Sequence record: DRR723986_4183
Direction: 5' to 3' (one strand)
Length of the DNA: 37,339 nt
Part shown: one piece after another, positions 9,833 to 19,635 of the stretch
Position numbering within the stretch: the stretch's first letter is position 1
Layout: every line of letters starts with the position of its first letter
Program-made: the position numbers and the translations under genes
The notes under the pieces: model-generated
The model's database searches: none
Told to the model about the DNA's origin: nothing
The model's input: the letters and a program-made list of their open reading frames with translations, nothing else

Positions 9833-10213
9833 CTAACGGGGCCATCCGGCCTGAATGGTTAGAAAATCAATAGGGTCCATCCCCGCTGCAGTGAGCCATG
9901 CATCACTTGGTCCGTGCCAGCGGTATATATCCCATGAAATTTTCCCGGACTTAGAAAATACAATACCTTCATCCATAAGCCGTTTTCGCTGCCGCTCAGC
10001 GCCGTCGCGCTCACTGATTTTACCCTGCGAATTTACAACCCGCTGCCAGGGAATATCCTGGCCGGCTGGCGTGCCGGCTGTAGCAAAGCCAACGATGCGG
10101 GCAGTCGCCCCGGGGACAAGGCTTGCGATCATGCCGTAACTGGCCACCTGCCCTTTGGGTATTTCTTTAATCAGGGTGTAAACCGCTGGAAAACATTTAA
10201 AATTTTTAGCCAT
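9833..10213 (-). CDS. Alkyltransferase-like (ATL/YbaZ-type, MGMT family) protein
   Basis: IPKGQVASYGMIA, ARIVG, IPWQRVVNSQG (Trp in place of the catalytic Cys), QRKRLMDEGI; start set at MAKNFK. Confidence 0.85.
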   Translation of the reverse strand: MAKNFKCFPAVYTLIKEIPKGQVASYGMIASLVPGATARIVGFATAGTPAGQDIPWQRVVNSQGKISERDGAERQRKRLMDEGIVFSKSGKISWDIYRWHGPSDAWLTAAGMDPIDFLTIQAGWPR

Positions 10214-10247
10214 TGCGCTTACCCAAAACCCATCAAATACAAACCAC

Positions 10248-11642
10248 TTAACAATCAACAACCGTAGCAGCAATAGGCACTGTTACGGCAAGACCGCCCT
10301 GGGCAGTTTCTTTATACTGGGTTTTCATGTCACGGCCTGTAATACGCATGGTGCGGATGACCTTATCAAGCGAAACAAAATGTTCGCCGTCGCCGCACAT
10401 GGCCAAACGAGATGCATTAATGGCTTTTATCGCTGCCATGGCATTGCGTTCAATGCACGGCACTTGCACAAGGCCGCCAACAGGGTCGCAAGTGAGGCCC
10501 AGATTATGCTCCATACCAATTTCTGCCGCGTTTTCCACCTGCTCCGGGGTGCCGCCCAAAACTTCGGTTAAACCGGCAGCAGCCATTGAACAGGCGCTGC
10601 CTACCTCACCCTGACAGCCAACCTCTGCGCCGGAGATTGAAGCATTGGTTTTAAACAAAATGCCAACGGCCCCCGCCGTTAGCAAAAATCGCACAATACC
10701 ATCATCATTTGCATTAGGGATAAAGCGCACATAATAATGCATCACCGCAGGCACAATACCCGCCGCACCGTTTGTCGGCGCCGTAACAACCCGGCCACCA
10801 GCTGCATTTTCTTCGTTTACTGCCAGGGCATACAGGTTAACCCAATCAAGTATCGTCAGCGGGTCGATCAAGGCACTTTCAGGCTTTGACGCCAATTGCT
10901 GATACAGCTTACTAGCACGACGACCTATGTTTAAGCCCGGCATGTTACCCCCGCGTGAACAGCCGTTTCGTACACACTCTTCCATCACCGACCATATTTC
11001 AAGCAACTCAGCCCGGATCTGATCCTCACTTCTAAACACCAGTTCATTGGCAAGCATAATGTCACTAATTGACTTTTTGTTTTCCTTGCAGTGCTCTAAT
11101 AATTCGTCAGCACTGGAAAAAGGATAAGGCTGCGTGACAGTTTCAGTTTCAAAGTGATCAGCTGCTGCCTCATTCTCATGAACGATGAAACCGCCACCAA
11201 TAGAATAATATATGGCGCGGGCTAATTCTGTTCCGGCAGAATCATATGCCCAAAACTCCATGCCATTGGGATGAAACTCAAGCTGCTGACGAGGCAACAA
11301 TTCCAGGTCTTGTTCTTCTTCAAAATGAATAACATGATGGCCAAGCACAGGCAGTTTTGCAGCCACGCGTATCTTATTCACTTTTGATGTAATCGCGTCC
11401 ACGTCGGTATCGCGTGGAGTTTCACCGATGAGCCCCAAAATGACCGCCACATCAGACCCGTGGCCACGGCCCGTGGCCCCGAGTGAGCCATATAGTTTTA
11501 CAGCGATTCGGGTAACATCCGTCAAAAGCTTCTGGTCAGACAGATTTGTCACAAACTCGAGCGCAGCTTTCATCGGCCCCACAGTATGCGAACTGGAGGG
11601 GCCTATGCCTATGTTAAACAGATCAAGAACACTGGTCGCCAT
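10248..11642 (-). CDS. sdaA: L-serine ammonia-lyase (Fe-S dependent, single chain)
   Basis: [51 protein letters not shown]; start at MATSVLD with GGAG SD. Confidence 0.95.
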   Translation of the reverse strand: MATSVLDLFNIGIGPSSSHTVGPMKAALEFVTNLSDQKLLTDVTRIAVKLYGSLGATGRGHGSDVAVILGLIGETPRDTDVDAITSKVNKIRVAAKLPVLGHHVIHFEEEQDLELLPRQQLEFHPNGMEFWAYDSAGTELARAIYYSIGGGFIVHENEAAADHFETETVTQPYPFSSADELLEHCKENKKSISDIMLANELVFRSEDQIRAELLEIWSVMEECVRNGCSRGGNMPGLNIGRRASKLYQQLASKPESALIDPLTILDWVNLYALAVNEENAAGGRVVTAPTNGAAGIVPAVMHYYVRFIPNANDDGIVRFLLTAGAVGILFKTNASISGAEVGCQGEVGSACSMAAAGLTEVLGGTPEQVENAAEIGMEHNLGLTCDPVGGLVQVPCIERNAMAAIKAINASRLAMCGDGEHFVSLDKVIRTMRITGRDMKTQYKETAQGGLAVTVPIAATVVDC

Positions 11643-11849
11643 TGCCGTAAACTCCACCACATGAAAGAAGGCCAAAGCTTAGTTCGAAACAGGCGAAGCA
11701 GACAATACAATTTGATCGCCAAACTTCACGGTTTGCGATTAGACCTTAAAAACTTCTGCTCACACCATGAGATGGCCGGTTGGTCCGTTTTACCACCCTT
11801 ACGCGCCGTAACAGCTTTACTTTATGGCAACGGATTAAGGAGACGAAGC

Positions 11850-12743
11850 ATGAAAGCGCAAAAAACCATCACTTTAGCTGCCATTGTTGCAGCAAATCTA
11901 GCGGCAACAAACACTGCATATAGCGACACGCCAGGCGACAGAAACTTTGGTTTCAACTTCGAACCGAACCAAGAAAACGCCGTTTTTTATTCTTATCGCG
12001 GTGATGCTCGACCAGACATTTATGTTCGGGGTACAAACGGAAACGAGAAAAACCTGACCGCTCGGGCAGAAACGTGGGACATTGAGCCCCACTATTCCCC
12101 TGATGGCCGCACAATTATTTATGCGTCTGGCCCCAACATGGGAATGTTGTCACTGCGCATTATGAATGCAGATGGAAGCGAAGATAGAGTTTTTTATGAC
12201 GGGGACGATAATGAGGTGGCGCCCAAATGGTCCCCAGATGGAACGAGAGTGATTTTCTCGGCGTTCAACCGCGATGCAAAAACTAATATCGTTCATATCG
12301 CCCATGCAGATGGAAGTCATGTTCACAGTTTAACCGCAGACTTGCCCGGCCAATCGTCAAATGGAAGCTGGTCACCAGACAGTCAATGGATATTGTTTTC
12401 CAACAAATTAGGCGATACAGCACAAGCTGACATATACAGAATGCGCCCTGACGGCAGCCACCGAGAGCGCCTGACCAATGACGCGCTAAGCCAAACCTCA
12501 CCAGTTTATTCGCCCGACATGAAAACTATTATTTTCATCGGCTACACTGAGGCAGGGCAGGCAGATTTATATGCCATGCCAGCAAACGGTTTGCATCATG
12601 GCGCCACACCAACCAAATTGGGCCACTCCAGCGAAGGTTTAAAATATTTTCTGGAATACACACCTGATGGTAAGCAATTGATATTTTCCCTGGGTGATTG
12701 GGACAAAGGCTTTGAAATGGCCCACATAGCGGCACCTGAATGA
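11850..12743 (+). CDS. Secreted TolB-like beta-propeller (PD40 repeats)
   Basis: AAGGAG SD before ATG 11850, signal peptide, repeated P-x-[WY]SPDG motifs; no TolB N-terminal domain. Confidence 0.85.
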   Translation: MKAQKTITLAAIVAANLAATNTAYSDTPGDRNFGFNFEPNQENAVFYSYRGDARPDIYVRGTNGNEKNLTARAETWDIEPHYSPDGRTIIYASGPNMGMLSLRIMNADGSEDRVFYDGDDNEVAPKWSPDGTRVIFSAFNRDAKTNIVHIAHADGSHVHSLTADLPGQSSNGSWSPDSQWILFSNKLGDTAQADIYRMRPDGSHRERLTNDALSQTSPVYSPDMKTIIFIGYTEAGQADLYAMPANGLHHGATPTKLGHSSEGLKYFLEYTPDGKQLIFSLGDWDKGFEMAHIAAPE

Positions 12744-12798
12744 AAATCAGGCGCGACTAACGGGAGCAACTAAATGGGGGGTAGCTGAAAGATGTCCG

Positions 12799-12820
12799 TG
12801 AGAAGCGTAACGGCTTCTCA
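12799..12820. terminator. Hairpin between convergent genes
   Basis: TGAGAAGC-GTAACG-GCTTCTCA perfect 8-bp stem; no clear U tract. Confidence 0.4.
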
Positions 12821-12825
12821 TAGCC

Positions 12826-13158
12826 TCATAAGGTTTGTGCTTCTTTGGTTCTCGAAAAGCGCACCGCCAAATAAGCAGGAAGCGCCAAAGACAAACCAAC
12901 CAGCAAAGTAGCAGGCACAACCAACCACCAACCTCCGATACCTTTTTCTTTTGCATCGAAGAAAGACCAAACCCAGAAGGCTGTAGATGAAATAACAATG
13001 TCGGTTGAAAGCCCCGCAGACGCGCCGTTAACGAACAACGCCGCAATAAAACCGTCAAGAGCTGAACCGTTTTCCGCCATAAATTGCGCAAAGAAATACC
13101 AAGGGCCAATTGAGCCTGCTACGGCGAGGGCAATAAAGACAAACCTTAGTTTGGGCAT
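12826..13158 (-). CDS. DUF2834-family small membrane protein
   Basis: 110 aa from MPKLRF with AGGAAAGGA SD; PWYFF, F.N.ASAGLSTD, VGLSLALPAYLAVR motifs, three hydrophobic helices. Confidence 0.75.
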   Translation of the reverse strand: MPKLRFVFIALAVAGSIGPWYFFAQFMAENGSALDGFIAALFVNGASAGLSTDIVISSTAFWVWSFFDAKEKGIGGWWLVVPATLLVGLSLALPAYLAVRFSRTKEAQTL

Positions 13159-13160
13159 AG

Positions 13161-13271
13161 CTATATCCTTTCCTGGATGCCATTCTTGGGGATTATGTTT
13201 ACTGACCCAAAAGCATCCCCGTCCAAACCGGGCCTTGAGGTCAGAAGGAGAAGGGGCGGTGGTATGAGCAT
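13161..13271 (-). promoter_or_regulatory. Candidate leader peptide/attenuator (MLIPPPLLLL...) upstream of the DUF2834 gene
   Basis: 36-codon ORF with a Pro3-Leu4 run, stop 2 nt before the downstream ATG, and overlapping alternative stems. Confidence 0.4.
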
Positions 13272-13582
13272 AAAGGCGCGCGATTGCAGCGTTTTGTTCA
13301 AGAAATATCCACTTGGCCTTAATCCCTTTAGCCATACAACGTGCCAACGCGAACTATGGTTCGCGAAAAAATGAATTATATTGCCCGATACAAACAGCTA
13401 ACTTCACGGTTAGGCTTTTTCTGCGGCAAGACAGCATTTTTTTGCAATTGGCGCTAGACGTATGCGGATTTTCCCTGATACTGCAAATAAGCAAGAAGCG
13501 ACCCTAGTTACACGATGCTGTCGGACAAAGAAACATGGGCGCGCCAGCTTAGTATCAGGCATTTAATACGGAACACGATATT

Positions 13583-13903
13583 ATGGTAAAAATTTCAATC
13601 ACTGACCTTTCGGGCCAAAAAAGTAATATTGAGGCAGAGGTTGGCCTCTCGCTTATGGAAAATATCCGCAACAATGACTTTGACGATTTGGCCGCAATTT
13701 GTGGCGGCTGCTGCAGTTGCTGCACGTGCCATGTTTTTGTCGATGCAGACGACATGGAACGCCTTCCTGCCATGGAAGACGACGAGCAATTTTTATTGGA
13801 AGACAGCGAAAATTACGATCCGGCTCTGTCTCGCCTATCGTGTCAAATTGAAGTTGATGACAGCATGAATGGTCTGAAAGTAACAATCGCGCCAGAAGAC
13901 TAA
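13583..13903 (+). CDS. 2Fe-2S ferredoxin (adrenodoxin/putidaredoxin type)
   Basis: CGGCCSCCTCHV and SRLSCQI motifs; acidic, 106 aa. Confidence 0.92.
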   Translation: MVKISITDLSGQKSNIEAEVGLSLMENIRNNDFDDLAAICGGCCSCCTCHVFVDADDMERLPAMEDDEQFLLEDSENYDPALSRLSCQIEVDDSMNGLKVTIAPED

Positions 13904-13939
13904 ACCTAACCCATGGCACCGATTTAATTGGAGAATTGC

Positions 13940-15352
13940 ATGCCCATTCCTGCCAGTTGTTTGTCATCTGCTAAAGCGAAAGACAACACAATTACGATTA
14001 CGCCGGTCAGCAAACAGTCTTTAGAAGCGGTGCTGCAAAAATTAGGCAAAAATCAAAGGTCATGGGTGCTTGCAACAGGCTTTGAAGCCCTTCAAGGCAC
14101 ATGGGCTCCGGTTACAGGAAAAACCGGCGATATTAATAGAGTTTTGGTCGGCACCGGAACAGGAGCCATGCCCTTTGATAACCCCTGGTGGCTGGCCGGC
14201 GCAGCGAAGAAGTTACCCGAAGGTGATTTCATTTTCGACGAGTCTGTAGATGATATGTCTGCTGAATCTGGTGCGCTGGGCTGGTGTTTGTCCCATTATG
14301 TTTTCGACCGCTACAAGAAATCTACAGCAATCAAAAAACGCCGCTTGTTGGGTTTACCCAAAGCTGTTTGCGCCCACATTAAACACACCGCAAATGCAGC
14401 AGCAAAAGTACGCGACCTAGTCAACACACCGGCCGAGGATATGGGTCCATCTGATTTGCAGGATGCAGCGGAAGCGCTGGCAGAAGCTTACGGTGCTACC
14501 TCAGAAACCATTGTCGGCGATGACCTGTTGGACCAAAATTTCCCGGCCATTCATGCGGTTGGCCGCGCCGCCGCCAGTGGCCGCGAGCCACGGTTGATTG
14601 ATGTGCGATGGGGCTCAGAAGACGCCCCCAAACTAACACTGGTTGGCAAGGGTGTATGCTTCGATACTGGGGGGCTAGACCTAAAACCAAGCGCGGGAAT
14701 GCGCGTAATGAAAAAAGACATGGGCGGTGCGGCACATGCGCTCGCACTTGCAGAACTGATCATGGCCAGCAAATTGAAAGTGAATTTGCGGCTGCTGATC
14801 TCTGCCGTTGAAAATTCAGTATCTGCCTCTGCCTACCGGCCTGGTGATATTATAAACACACGCAAGGGCTTAACCGTTGAAGTTGGCAATACTGATGCGG
14901 AAGGGCGCATTGTATTATGTGATGCCTTGGCGCTGGCCTGCGAACAACAACCTGACCTGTTATTGGACTTCGCAACTTTAACTGGTGCTGCGCGCGTGGC
15001 ACTTGGAGCCGACCTACCGGCCACCTTCACCAACGATGATAAACTATGGGCTGCGCTTGAGGCGGGCGCTGCGGCCACTCATGACCCCTTATGGCGCATG
15101 CCACTTTGGGCAGGCTATAACAAAGATATTTCCAGCCCCATTGCCGACCTGAGCAATGTGGGGGGCGATGGTTTTGCCGGGGCGATCACGGCAGCATTGT
15201 ATTTGCAAAACTTCGTCAAACCTGGTGTGCCGTGGGCGCACTTCGATGTATACTCTTGGAATAAAAAGCCAAGGGCCGGACGCCCTGTTGGCGGTGAAGC
15301 ACAAGGTTTGCGAGCCGTTTATAGTGCGGTGAAATCATATTTATCGCTCTGA
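13940..15352 (+). CDS. Leucyl aminopeptidase family protein (peptidase M17)
   Basis: LVGKGVCFDTGG, MKKDMGGAA, NTDAEGR, ATLTGA; GGAG SD before ATG 13940. Confidence 0.93.
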   Translation: MPIPASCLSSAKAKDNTITITPVSKQSLEAVLQKLGKNQRSWVLATGFEALQGTWAPVTGKTGDINRVLVGTGTGAMPFDNPWWLAGAAKKLPEGDFIFDESVDDMSAESGALGWCLSHYVFDRYKKSTAIKKRRLLGLPKAVCAHIKHTANAAAKVRDLVNTPAEDMGPSDLQDAAEALAEAYGATSETIVGDDLLDQNFPAIHAVGRAAASGREPRLIDVRWGSEDAPKLTLVGKGVCFDTGGLDLKPSAGMRVMKKDMGGAAHALALAELIMASKLKVNLRLLISAVENSVSASAYRPGDIINTRKGLTVEVGNTDAEGRIVLCDALALACEQQPDLLLDFATLTGAARVALGADLPATFTNDDKLWAALEAGAAATHDPLWRMPLWAGYNKDISSPIADLSNVGGDGFAGAITAALYLQNFVKPGVPWAHFDVYSWNKKPRAGRPVGGEAQGLRAVYSAVKSYLSL

Positions 15353-15475
15353 GGCGTAAGGCGCCGGAAGACACCTTAGCTATAAGTCAATAGGATGTTA
15401 GGACAGTTTTAAGGAAAAGTTGATAAACACGGGGTCATTGCGCAAACTGGTATCACCAAAGCAAAGGACCCGGAC

Positions 15476-15850
15476 GTGAGCGAGAAAACAAACCCGCGTA
15501 TGTTGAAGGTTTGGCGAGAAGCTCACCGCGCCTGTGTTCGCTCTAACGATCCTGACCTGACATCTCGGCAAATGTCTGTATTATTGTCTGTCTATATGAC
15601 TGAACGGCCTCATACAGTTCGGGCGCTTGCGACCGATTTGAATATTTCCAAGCCGGTTATAACCCGGGCGCTGGACACAATGGGCAAAATGGGTTTAGTC
15701 AAACGCAAAAAAGATCCAAGCGATGGAAGAAGTGTTTTGGTGCAACGAACGGTTAAAGGTGCTGTTTTCCTCAGCGAATTATCTGACCGAATTGTGCACG
15801 CCGACAAACTTGTTCCAACCGATGTGAAAACAGAAAATACACAAGCCTAA
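15476..15850 (+). CDS. MarR-family transcriptional regulator
   Basis: DLTSRQ...TVRALA..LNISKPVITRALD...DGRSV winged HTH; GTG start with AAGGA SD. Confidence 0.88.
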   Translation: MSEKTNPRMLKVWREAHRACVRSNDPDLTSRQMSVLLSVYMTERPHTVRALATDLNISKPVITRALDTMGKMGLVKRKKDPSDGRSVLVQRTVKGAVFLSELSDRIVHADKLVPTDVKTENTQA

Positions 15851-15862
15851 AGGGGCATAAAT

Positions 15863-16729
15863 TTGGCGAACACATCATTAATGGGACCCCAGAAAACCTA
15901 TGGACTAGCTGCCCTTTTTGACCCAGACACAGCGGTAGCAAAATCGGCCAAACTGTTCGAGTGCACTCAAATTGATATACAGTGCACTACACCCTGGGCG
16001 CCACTGAAGGCGGAACCTGGCTCCACAGCGCCAACTGTGAGCGAAATTTTGTTCGGTGAGCCACTACAATTGCTTGATCGAAAAGATACGTGGCTAAAGG
16101 TGGCCGCCATCATTGATGGCTACATTGGATGGATTTTGGCTGGGTCTACAACCCGAAGCCAAACACAACCAACTCACCGCGTTGCTGTACCCATGAGCCA
16201 TATTTACCGGGCAGCAGACATCAAATCTGAACCGCTTTTGCCCTTACCAATGGGCAGTTACATCCAAATAAAAACACCCAGCGCCGTTGAAAAAGGCTTT
16301 TTGCCCCTAGCCTCGGGCGGGTTTATTTTTGCCAAACATATTGCTGCATTAGGTGGCTTTGCCGATGACCCGGTTACTGTTGCTGAAAGCTTTCTGGGAG
16401 CACCGTACCTGTGGGGGGGCAGAACCAAAATGGGCATTGATTGTTCTGGCTTGGTGCAGCTTACTTTGTCCGCTGCGGGGCATCGCATTCACCGGGATAG
16501 TAGTGCGCAATACAAAAGCCTGGGCCGCGCATTAGAAGACGGCGAGCAGCCGAGAAGGGGCGACCTTGCTTTCTTCCCCGGACATGTGGGATGGATGATA
16601 GACGCTGTACACCTGCTGCATGCCAATGCAACGCATATGGCTGTCACTGTCGATACGGTTGACACCGTAACTAACAATAGTCGGGCCACAGGTGAGAGTA
16701 AGCCCTTTTCAGGGTATCGGCGCCTTTAA
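15863..16729 (+). CDS. NlpC/P60 (C40) peptidase with SH3-like N-terminus
   Basis: FLGAPYLWGG, GIDCSGLVQ, FFPGHVG, LLHAN; start uncertain (TTG 15863 or ATG 15881). Confidence 0.9.
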   Translation: MANTSLMGPQKTYGLAALFDPDTAVAKSAKLFECTQIDIQCTTPWAPLKAEPGSTAPTVSEILFGEPLQLLDRKDTWLKVAAIIDGYIGWILAGSTTRSQTQPTHRVAVPMSHIYRAADIKSEPLLPLPMGSYIQIKTPSAVEKGFLPLASGGFIFAKHIAALGGFADDPVTVAESFLGAPYLWGGRTKMGIDCSGLVQLTLSAAGHRIHRDSSAQYKSLGRALEDGEQPRRGDLAFFPGHVGWMIDAVHLLHANATHMAVTVDTVDTVTNNSRATGESKPFSGYRRL

Positions 16730-16752
16730 AAAAGCCAATACCAAGTTTCAAC

Positions 16753-16779
16753 AAAAAACGGGCCGTACGGCCCGTTTTT
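16753..16779. terminator. Bidirectional Rho-independent terminator
   Basis: AAAAAACGGGCC-GTAC-GGCCCGTTTTT between convergent genes. Confidence 0.85.
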
Positions 16780-16810
16780 CAATCATTCGAAATAAAGTAG
16801 AGGTGAACGG

Positions 16811-17407
16811 CTATTCGTTACCGCCTGTGGCTTCTGTTGCAGGCTCAATTGCCTCTTCAACTGCTTCGATCATGTCCTCTACAACGGGAAAAGGAACCGG
16901 TTGATCAGAAAAAGTTGCCAAGTAAGCAAGCAAGTCAGCGCGCTGGTCAGGCTTGCGAACAGCCAGCACCATTTTGGAACCCTTCGCCATCGCTTGTGGG
17001 TTTTGCAGCCATTCGTCAACCATATCATATGTCCACACTGACGTACCCAGCGCTTGCAAAGCGCTTGAATAACGGAAGTTGTCCAAAGCTGCTACTGAGC
17101 GGCCAATAATACCGTAAAGGTTAGGGCCCTGACCGTTAGGACCATCTTTTTCAACGGTATGACAAGCGCGGCACTTCGCCCACTGGCGCGCGCCCCTGTC
17201 TGCGCTGGCACCGGCCAACATTTCTGCGAGGCTCGGCCCTTCATCAACGACTGCTTCAGTGACAGTTGCCTCAGCCACTTCAACTGTGAAGGAAGGTGTT
17301 GTCTGTTCTTGATGAAAAGGGGTTTCAGCAACAATGCCAATCACCATAATAAAAAGCGCAGACGCAATTACGGCTGCAAAAACTTTGTTCCACTCAAAGG
17401 AATCCAC
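16811..17407 (-). CDS. Membrane-anchored class I cytochrome c (CycM/c2-like)
   Basis: GTG start (MDSFEWNK) with AGGAG SD, N-terminal TM helix, CRACH heme motif, GPNLYGI, GSKM axial Met. Confidence 0.9.
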   Translation of the reverse strand: MDSFEWNKVFAAVIASALFIMVIGIVAETPFHQEQTTPSFTVEVAEATVTEAVVDEGPSLAEMLAGASADRGARQWAKCRACHTVEKDGPNGQGPNLYGIIGRSVAALDNFRYSSALQALGTSVWTYDMVDEWLQNPQAMAKGSKMVLAVRKPDQRADLLAYLATFSDQPVPFPVVEDMIEAVEEAIEPATEATGGNE

Positions 17408-17753
17408 TGATCTTCTCCTTACAGTCAGCCACAACATAGGCAAAACTGGTTGTTTCAGCGATAATAGTTGATCAAATCCACACGGTAATGAAAGAAAACA
17501 CGCGCGAAAAACTATCAACCACCACATTCGGCGCGACCATACCCGCTGATACCTAGAAAATTCAAGTCGAGATTTAACCCTTTTTGCCTACTAACCCACT
17601 TTATTAGCGTTTCTTCCGCGACAAATGGGCGCAATGGTCTGCAAACGCTCGCAAATCTATGTGTCACATTGACTTAACAATGGGCAATTGGCACAAACTA
17701 TTAACCTAATATACCCTCTTTGTTAGCTCATTAATGTTCAACAAGTGATTCTT

Positions 17754-18644
17754 ATGCCAAGTCGTTTAACAAACACACAAAACACCGCTGACGCAATGAC
17801 ACCGGCGGAAAATATGATCGCTTTTCAGGGCGAGTTGGGTGCCTACTCGCACATGGCATGTAAGGCCTGCTATCCAAACATGACCGTTCTGCCTTGCCCT
17901 AGCTTTGAAGATGCGCTGGCAGCTGTTTCCAACGGAAAAGCCCGGCTAGCCATGATTCCCATCGAGAACTCAACCGCTGGCAGGGTTGCGGATATTCACA
18001 CGTTATTGCCCGGCAGTGGCCTTTTTATCATTGGTGAACATTTCGAATCGATCAGACACTGCTTGCTGGCAACCCAAGATGCCAACGAAAAAACGCTTGA
18101 AACTGTTACCAGCCATGTACAGGCCTTGGGACAATGCCGCAAAAACCTGCGTGCCATGGGCCTGCACAGGGAACCTTTTGCCGACACCGCTGGGTCAGCC
18201 AAATATGTCGCTGAGCAAGAAGACAAGAGCATTGCGGGAATTGCCAGCGAACTTGCCGCGGATGTCTACGGACTGAAAATAATTAGGCGGGACCTGCAAG
18301 ATGAAGGCAACAACACAACACGTTTCGTAATTCTGGCCCGCGCACCACTGGACCATAACGCAATTAATGGGCCCGTTATGACCAGCTTCACCTTTGAAGT
18401 TCGCAACATTCCCGCCGCCCTTTACAAGGCCCTTGGCGGATTTGCGACCAACTCGGTTAATATGACCAAACTGGAAAGCTATTACGAGTCCGATAGTTTT
18501 AAGGTCAGCGAATTTTATGCGGACATTGTTGGCCACGAAGGCATGGAAAATGTCGCCCGCGCGATGGAAGAACTGCGCTTTCACACCAAACGCGTGCAGC
18601 TTTTAGGGACATATCCAATGGCCAAGAAGCGCGCAATAACCTAA
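17754..18644 (+). CDS. pheA: Prephenate dehydratase with ACT domain
   Basis: IAFQGELGAYS, PIENS, NTTRF, LYKALGGFATN.VNMTKLES; start uncertain (17745/17754/17796). Confidence 0.93.
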   Translation: MPSRLTNTQNTADAMTPAENMIAFQGELGAYSHMACKACYPNMTVLPCPSFEDALAAVSNGKARLAMIPIENSTAGRVADIHTLLPGSGLFIIGEHFESIRHCLLATQDANEKTLETVTSHVQALGQCRKNLRAMGLHREPFADTAGSAKYVAEQEDKSIAGIASELAADVYGLKIIRRDLQDEGNNTTRFVILARAPLDHNAINGPVMTSFTFEVRNIPAALYKALGGFATNSVNMTKLESYYESDSFKVSEFYADIVGHEGMENVARAMEELRFHTKRVQLLGTYPMAKKRAIT

Positions 18645-18715
18645 TGTTAACGCAGGTGGCGTATAAATGCATTCAGCGCTGCGATGACAAAATTGAATTT
18701 CGGTAAACCAGAAAG

Positions 18716-19558
18716 TTGATTGTGAGACATCTAACAATAGTGCCAAAATTCAGCATAATCATCGCGCTATTTATTACCTTACCCAATTTCGGGACGGCCC
18801 TTTCCGCTCAGGAGACCATGCGAGGTAATAACTATTCTTCGATAAAATTTTGCTATCAAGACAAGGAGCTTTTCCCCAACTATATGGGAGAGCAAAAAAC
18901 CAAACTCCCAACCATGCCCGGCATTAACATCGAGCTGGTTGATCAGATTGCGCTTAACCTCAATTTCAAAGTTCAATATATACGATATTCTTGGAATCGT
19001 TGCATGGCGCTCTTGAAGGCAGGGCGAGTGGATAGCCTTATTGCCTCATATAATAGAGACCGCGCTGAATATGCTGTTTATCCATTCTCGGATGATGGCC
19101 TTGATACAGAAAAGCGAATCAACACGCTCGGCTATTATATGTATCACACCGGCAGCACTACAGTTTGGAACGGTATAGGCCTCACCGAAGCAAAAACCAA
19201 AGTAGCGGCACCGCTTGGTTACTCGGTTGTTAAAGTTCTACGAGACAAAGGTATAGGCGTTATTGAAGTTGGGTCGCCTGAAGATGTTCTTAAATTACTG
19301 CTTCACGGGCGTGTTGACGCAATCGCTGCGCCGGGCACGACAGCAGATGCTCTTATCCATGCCAATGCGCGCAGATATGGTGCGATCGTAAAAGACCCAG
19401 ACCCAATAACGGAGCGGCCCTATTTTATTACTTTTTCTAGGAATTTTGCTGCAGCAAACCCTGAGTTTACCAAAGCTGTTTGGCAGCAAACTGCATATGT
19501 TCGGCACACATACCGCCAACAGCTCATAGACAAATATTATGAAAAACCCTACCGCTAA
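18716..19558 (+). CDS. Orphan periplasmic substrate-binding protein (family 3 / PBP2 type)
   Basis: Signal-like N-terminus, GINIEL, WNRCMALLKAGRVD, YP, LLHGRVDA motifs; no adjacent permease; start uncertain. Confidence 0.75.
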   Translation: MIVRHLTIVPKFSIIIALFITLPNFGTALSAQETMRGNNYSSIKFCYQDKELFPNYMGEQKTKLPTMPGINIELVDQIALNLNFKVQYIRYSWNRCMALLKAGRVDSLIASYNRDRAEYAVYPFSDDGLDTEKRINTLGYYMYHTGSTTVWNGIGLTEAKTKVAAPLGYSVVKVLRDKGIGVIEVGSPEDVLKLLLHGRVDAIAAPGTTADALIHANARRYGAIVKDPDPITERPYFITFSRNFAAANPEFTKAVWQQTAYVRHTYRQQLIDKYYEKPYR

Positions 19559-19635
19559 GAGAATCGAGCCGACAGAAACCTTATCCGCATTACACCCCTG
19601 CCATTGTTGGTGAAAATGGTAAAAAGGTCAAAAGG

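Noticed and set aside
11586-11849. N-terminal extension of the PD40 ORF
   Set aside because: It overlaps the divergent sdaA start; the SD and signal peptide point to ATG 11850.
13160-13275. Known riboswitch, SRP RNA, tmRNA or tRNA
   Set aside because: No recognisable consensus (TPP, SAM, SRP GGAAGG loop, T-loop); kept only as a candidate leader.
17468-17481. FNR/FixK box upstream of cytochrome c
   Set aside because: TTGAT is present but the ATCAA half-site at N4 spacing is not.
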